Virus record (IMG/VR): IMGVR_UViG_3300032292_000307
Location: 1 to 33,979 of that record
Length of the DNA: 33,979 bases
Source of the DNA: a virus
Lineage: Duplodnaviria > Caudoviricetes
Reading direction: 5' to 3' (one strand)
Shown: positions 33,128-33,979 of the stretch, in pieces
Layout of the letters: the number at the start of each line of letters is the position of its first letter
Numbering within the stretch: the first letter of the stretch is position 1
Notes under the pieces: model-generated
Database searches by the model: none
The model's input: only the letters and a program-made list of their open reading frames with translations
What the model was told of the DNA's origin: nothing
Translations under genes and position numbers: made by a program

Positions 33128-33979
33128 ATGGCAACAGCAGCAGCAAATCCTTTTGACATTCAGACTGGGGGCAAGATCACGCCTGGGACAACCACCACTG
33201 CTGCACAGTTTGATCCGGTCCAACGCCAGGTTGACGCAACCAAGGAAACAACCTCTGGCCAACTGCAAACCATCTTAGGCCAAGACAGCCCGCTCATGCA
33301 GCAGGCACGCGCACAGGCCAAGCAGGGTATGGCTGCTCGAGGCTTGCTCAACAGCTCCATGGCCCAGGGAGCAGGCGTAGCGGCTATGCTGGAACGCGCC
33401 ACACCGATTGCAGCAGCCGATGCAGGCACATACTTCAACCAAGGCCAAACCAACCAACAGGCAGCTAACACAGGCGGCCAGTTCAATGTTAACCAACAAA
33501 ACACGTTTGGCTTGCAAAAAGGTGCCCAGGCTTTTGCCCTTACCGAACGCGAAGCTGGGCAGGCATTTACGTCTGGCCAAGCTGGCCTGGAACGCGAACA
33601 GCAGTCCAAGTTGCAAATGGCACAACAGACTTTTACTGGCGCTCAAACAACCTTAGACCGTGCACAACAGGTTGCGCTTACCGACAAAAGCATTGAAGCT
33701 CAACAAGCTTTGCAAGCAGCACAGCAAAACTTTAATGCTGCCCAAAGCGCACTCGACAGAACACAACAGACCTCATTGCAGACCGGTCAACAGACATTCA
33801 CTGCTGCTCAAAATAAAGCACAACAAGACCTTACCGTTGCGCAAACGGCTTTGGACCGCGCACAACAAATTGCGCTTACCGACAAAAGCATTGAAGCTCA
33901 AGCGGGTTTGCAAACCGCACAACAGAACTTTGCCGCCGCCCAAAGCGCACTCGACAGAACACAACAGACCTCATTGCAG
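33128..33979 (+). CDS. Probable internal virion/DNA ejection protein, Gln/Ala-rich, truncated at the window end
   Basis: Open frame from ATG 33128 (GGAG RBS): MATAAANPFDIQ...SPLMQQAR...AARGLLNSSMAQGAG..., with a ~66-aa repeat. Confidence 0.7.
   Translation, partial: MATAAANPFDIQTGGKITPGTTTTAAQFDPVQRQVDATKETTSGQLQTILGQDSPLMQQARAQAKQGMAARGLLNSSMAQGAGVAAMLERATPIAAADAGTYFNQGQTNQQAANTGGQFNVNQQNTFGLQKGAQAFALTEREAGQAFTSGQAGLEREQQSKLQMAQQTFTGAQTTLDRAQQVALTDKSIEAQQALQAAQQNFNAAQSALDRTQQTSLQTGQQTFTAAQNKAQQDLTVAQTALDRAQQIALTDKSIEAQAGLQTAQQNFAAAQSALDRTQQTSLQ

Noticed and set aside
1-33979. tRNA genes, integrase/att sites, stop-codon reassignment
   Set aside because: No cloverleaf or recombinase was recognised, and genes are full length and densely packed under the standard code.

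Overview
The window is a ~34 kb segment of a tailed dsDNA phage genome, probably podovirus-like; a Betaproteobacterial host is a guess from gene style. Left to right it contains: (1) a leftward DUF2800 (Cas4-like) nuclease module, 1-2182; (2) a symmetric divergent promoter region and a Cro-like HTH gene; (3) a rightward replication operon with primase-polymerase/VapE helicase, a candidate iteron/IHF origin, VRR-NUC, SNF2 helicase and a Q-like Zn-finger regulator; (4) a leftward cluster of about 16 small early/accessory genes, 7780-12953, including a RelA/SpoT-type HD hydrolase and DUF932; (5) the late region with terminase, portal, scaffold, N4-gp56-type capsid, adaptor/nozzle, a repeat-containing tail fibre, an AT-rich adhesin, a lysis cassette with embedded Rz1 and M15 endolysin, and a truncated ejection-type protein. 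The most interesting signals are non-coding. Six intergenic spacers of the early cluster carry compact RNA H-type pseudoknots (two families, both with compensatory base changes) just upstream of ribosome-binding sites. That operon starts with a ~200 nt leader rich in CCAG. The late region has three dispersed copies of a promoter + GGGACC-N3-CGTC element + terminator unit. Several small late proteins share a C-terminal G-[IL]-[IM] motif. All calls come from reading the sequence; no database searches were run.
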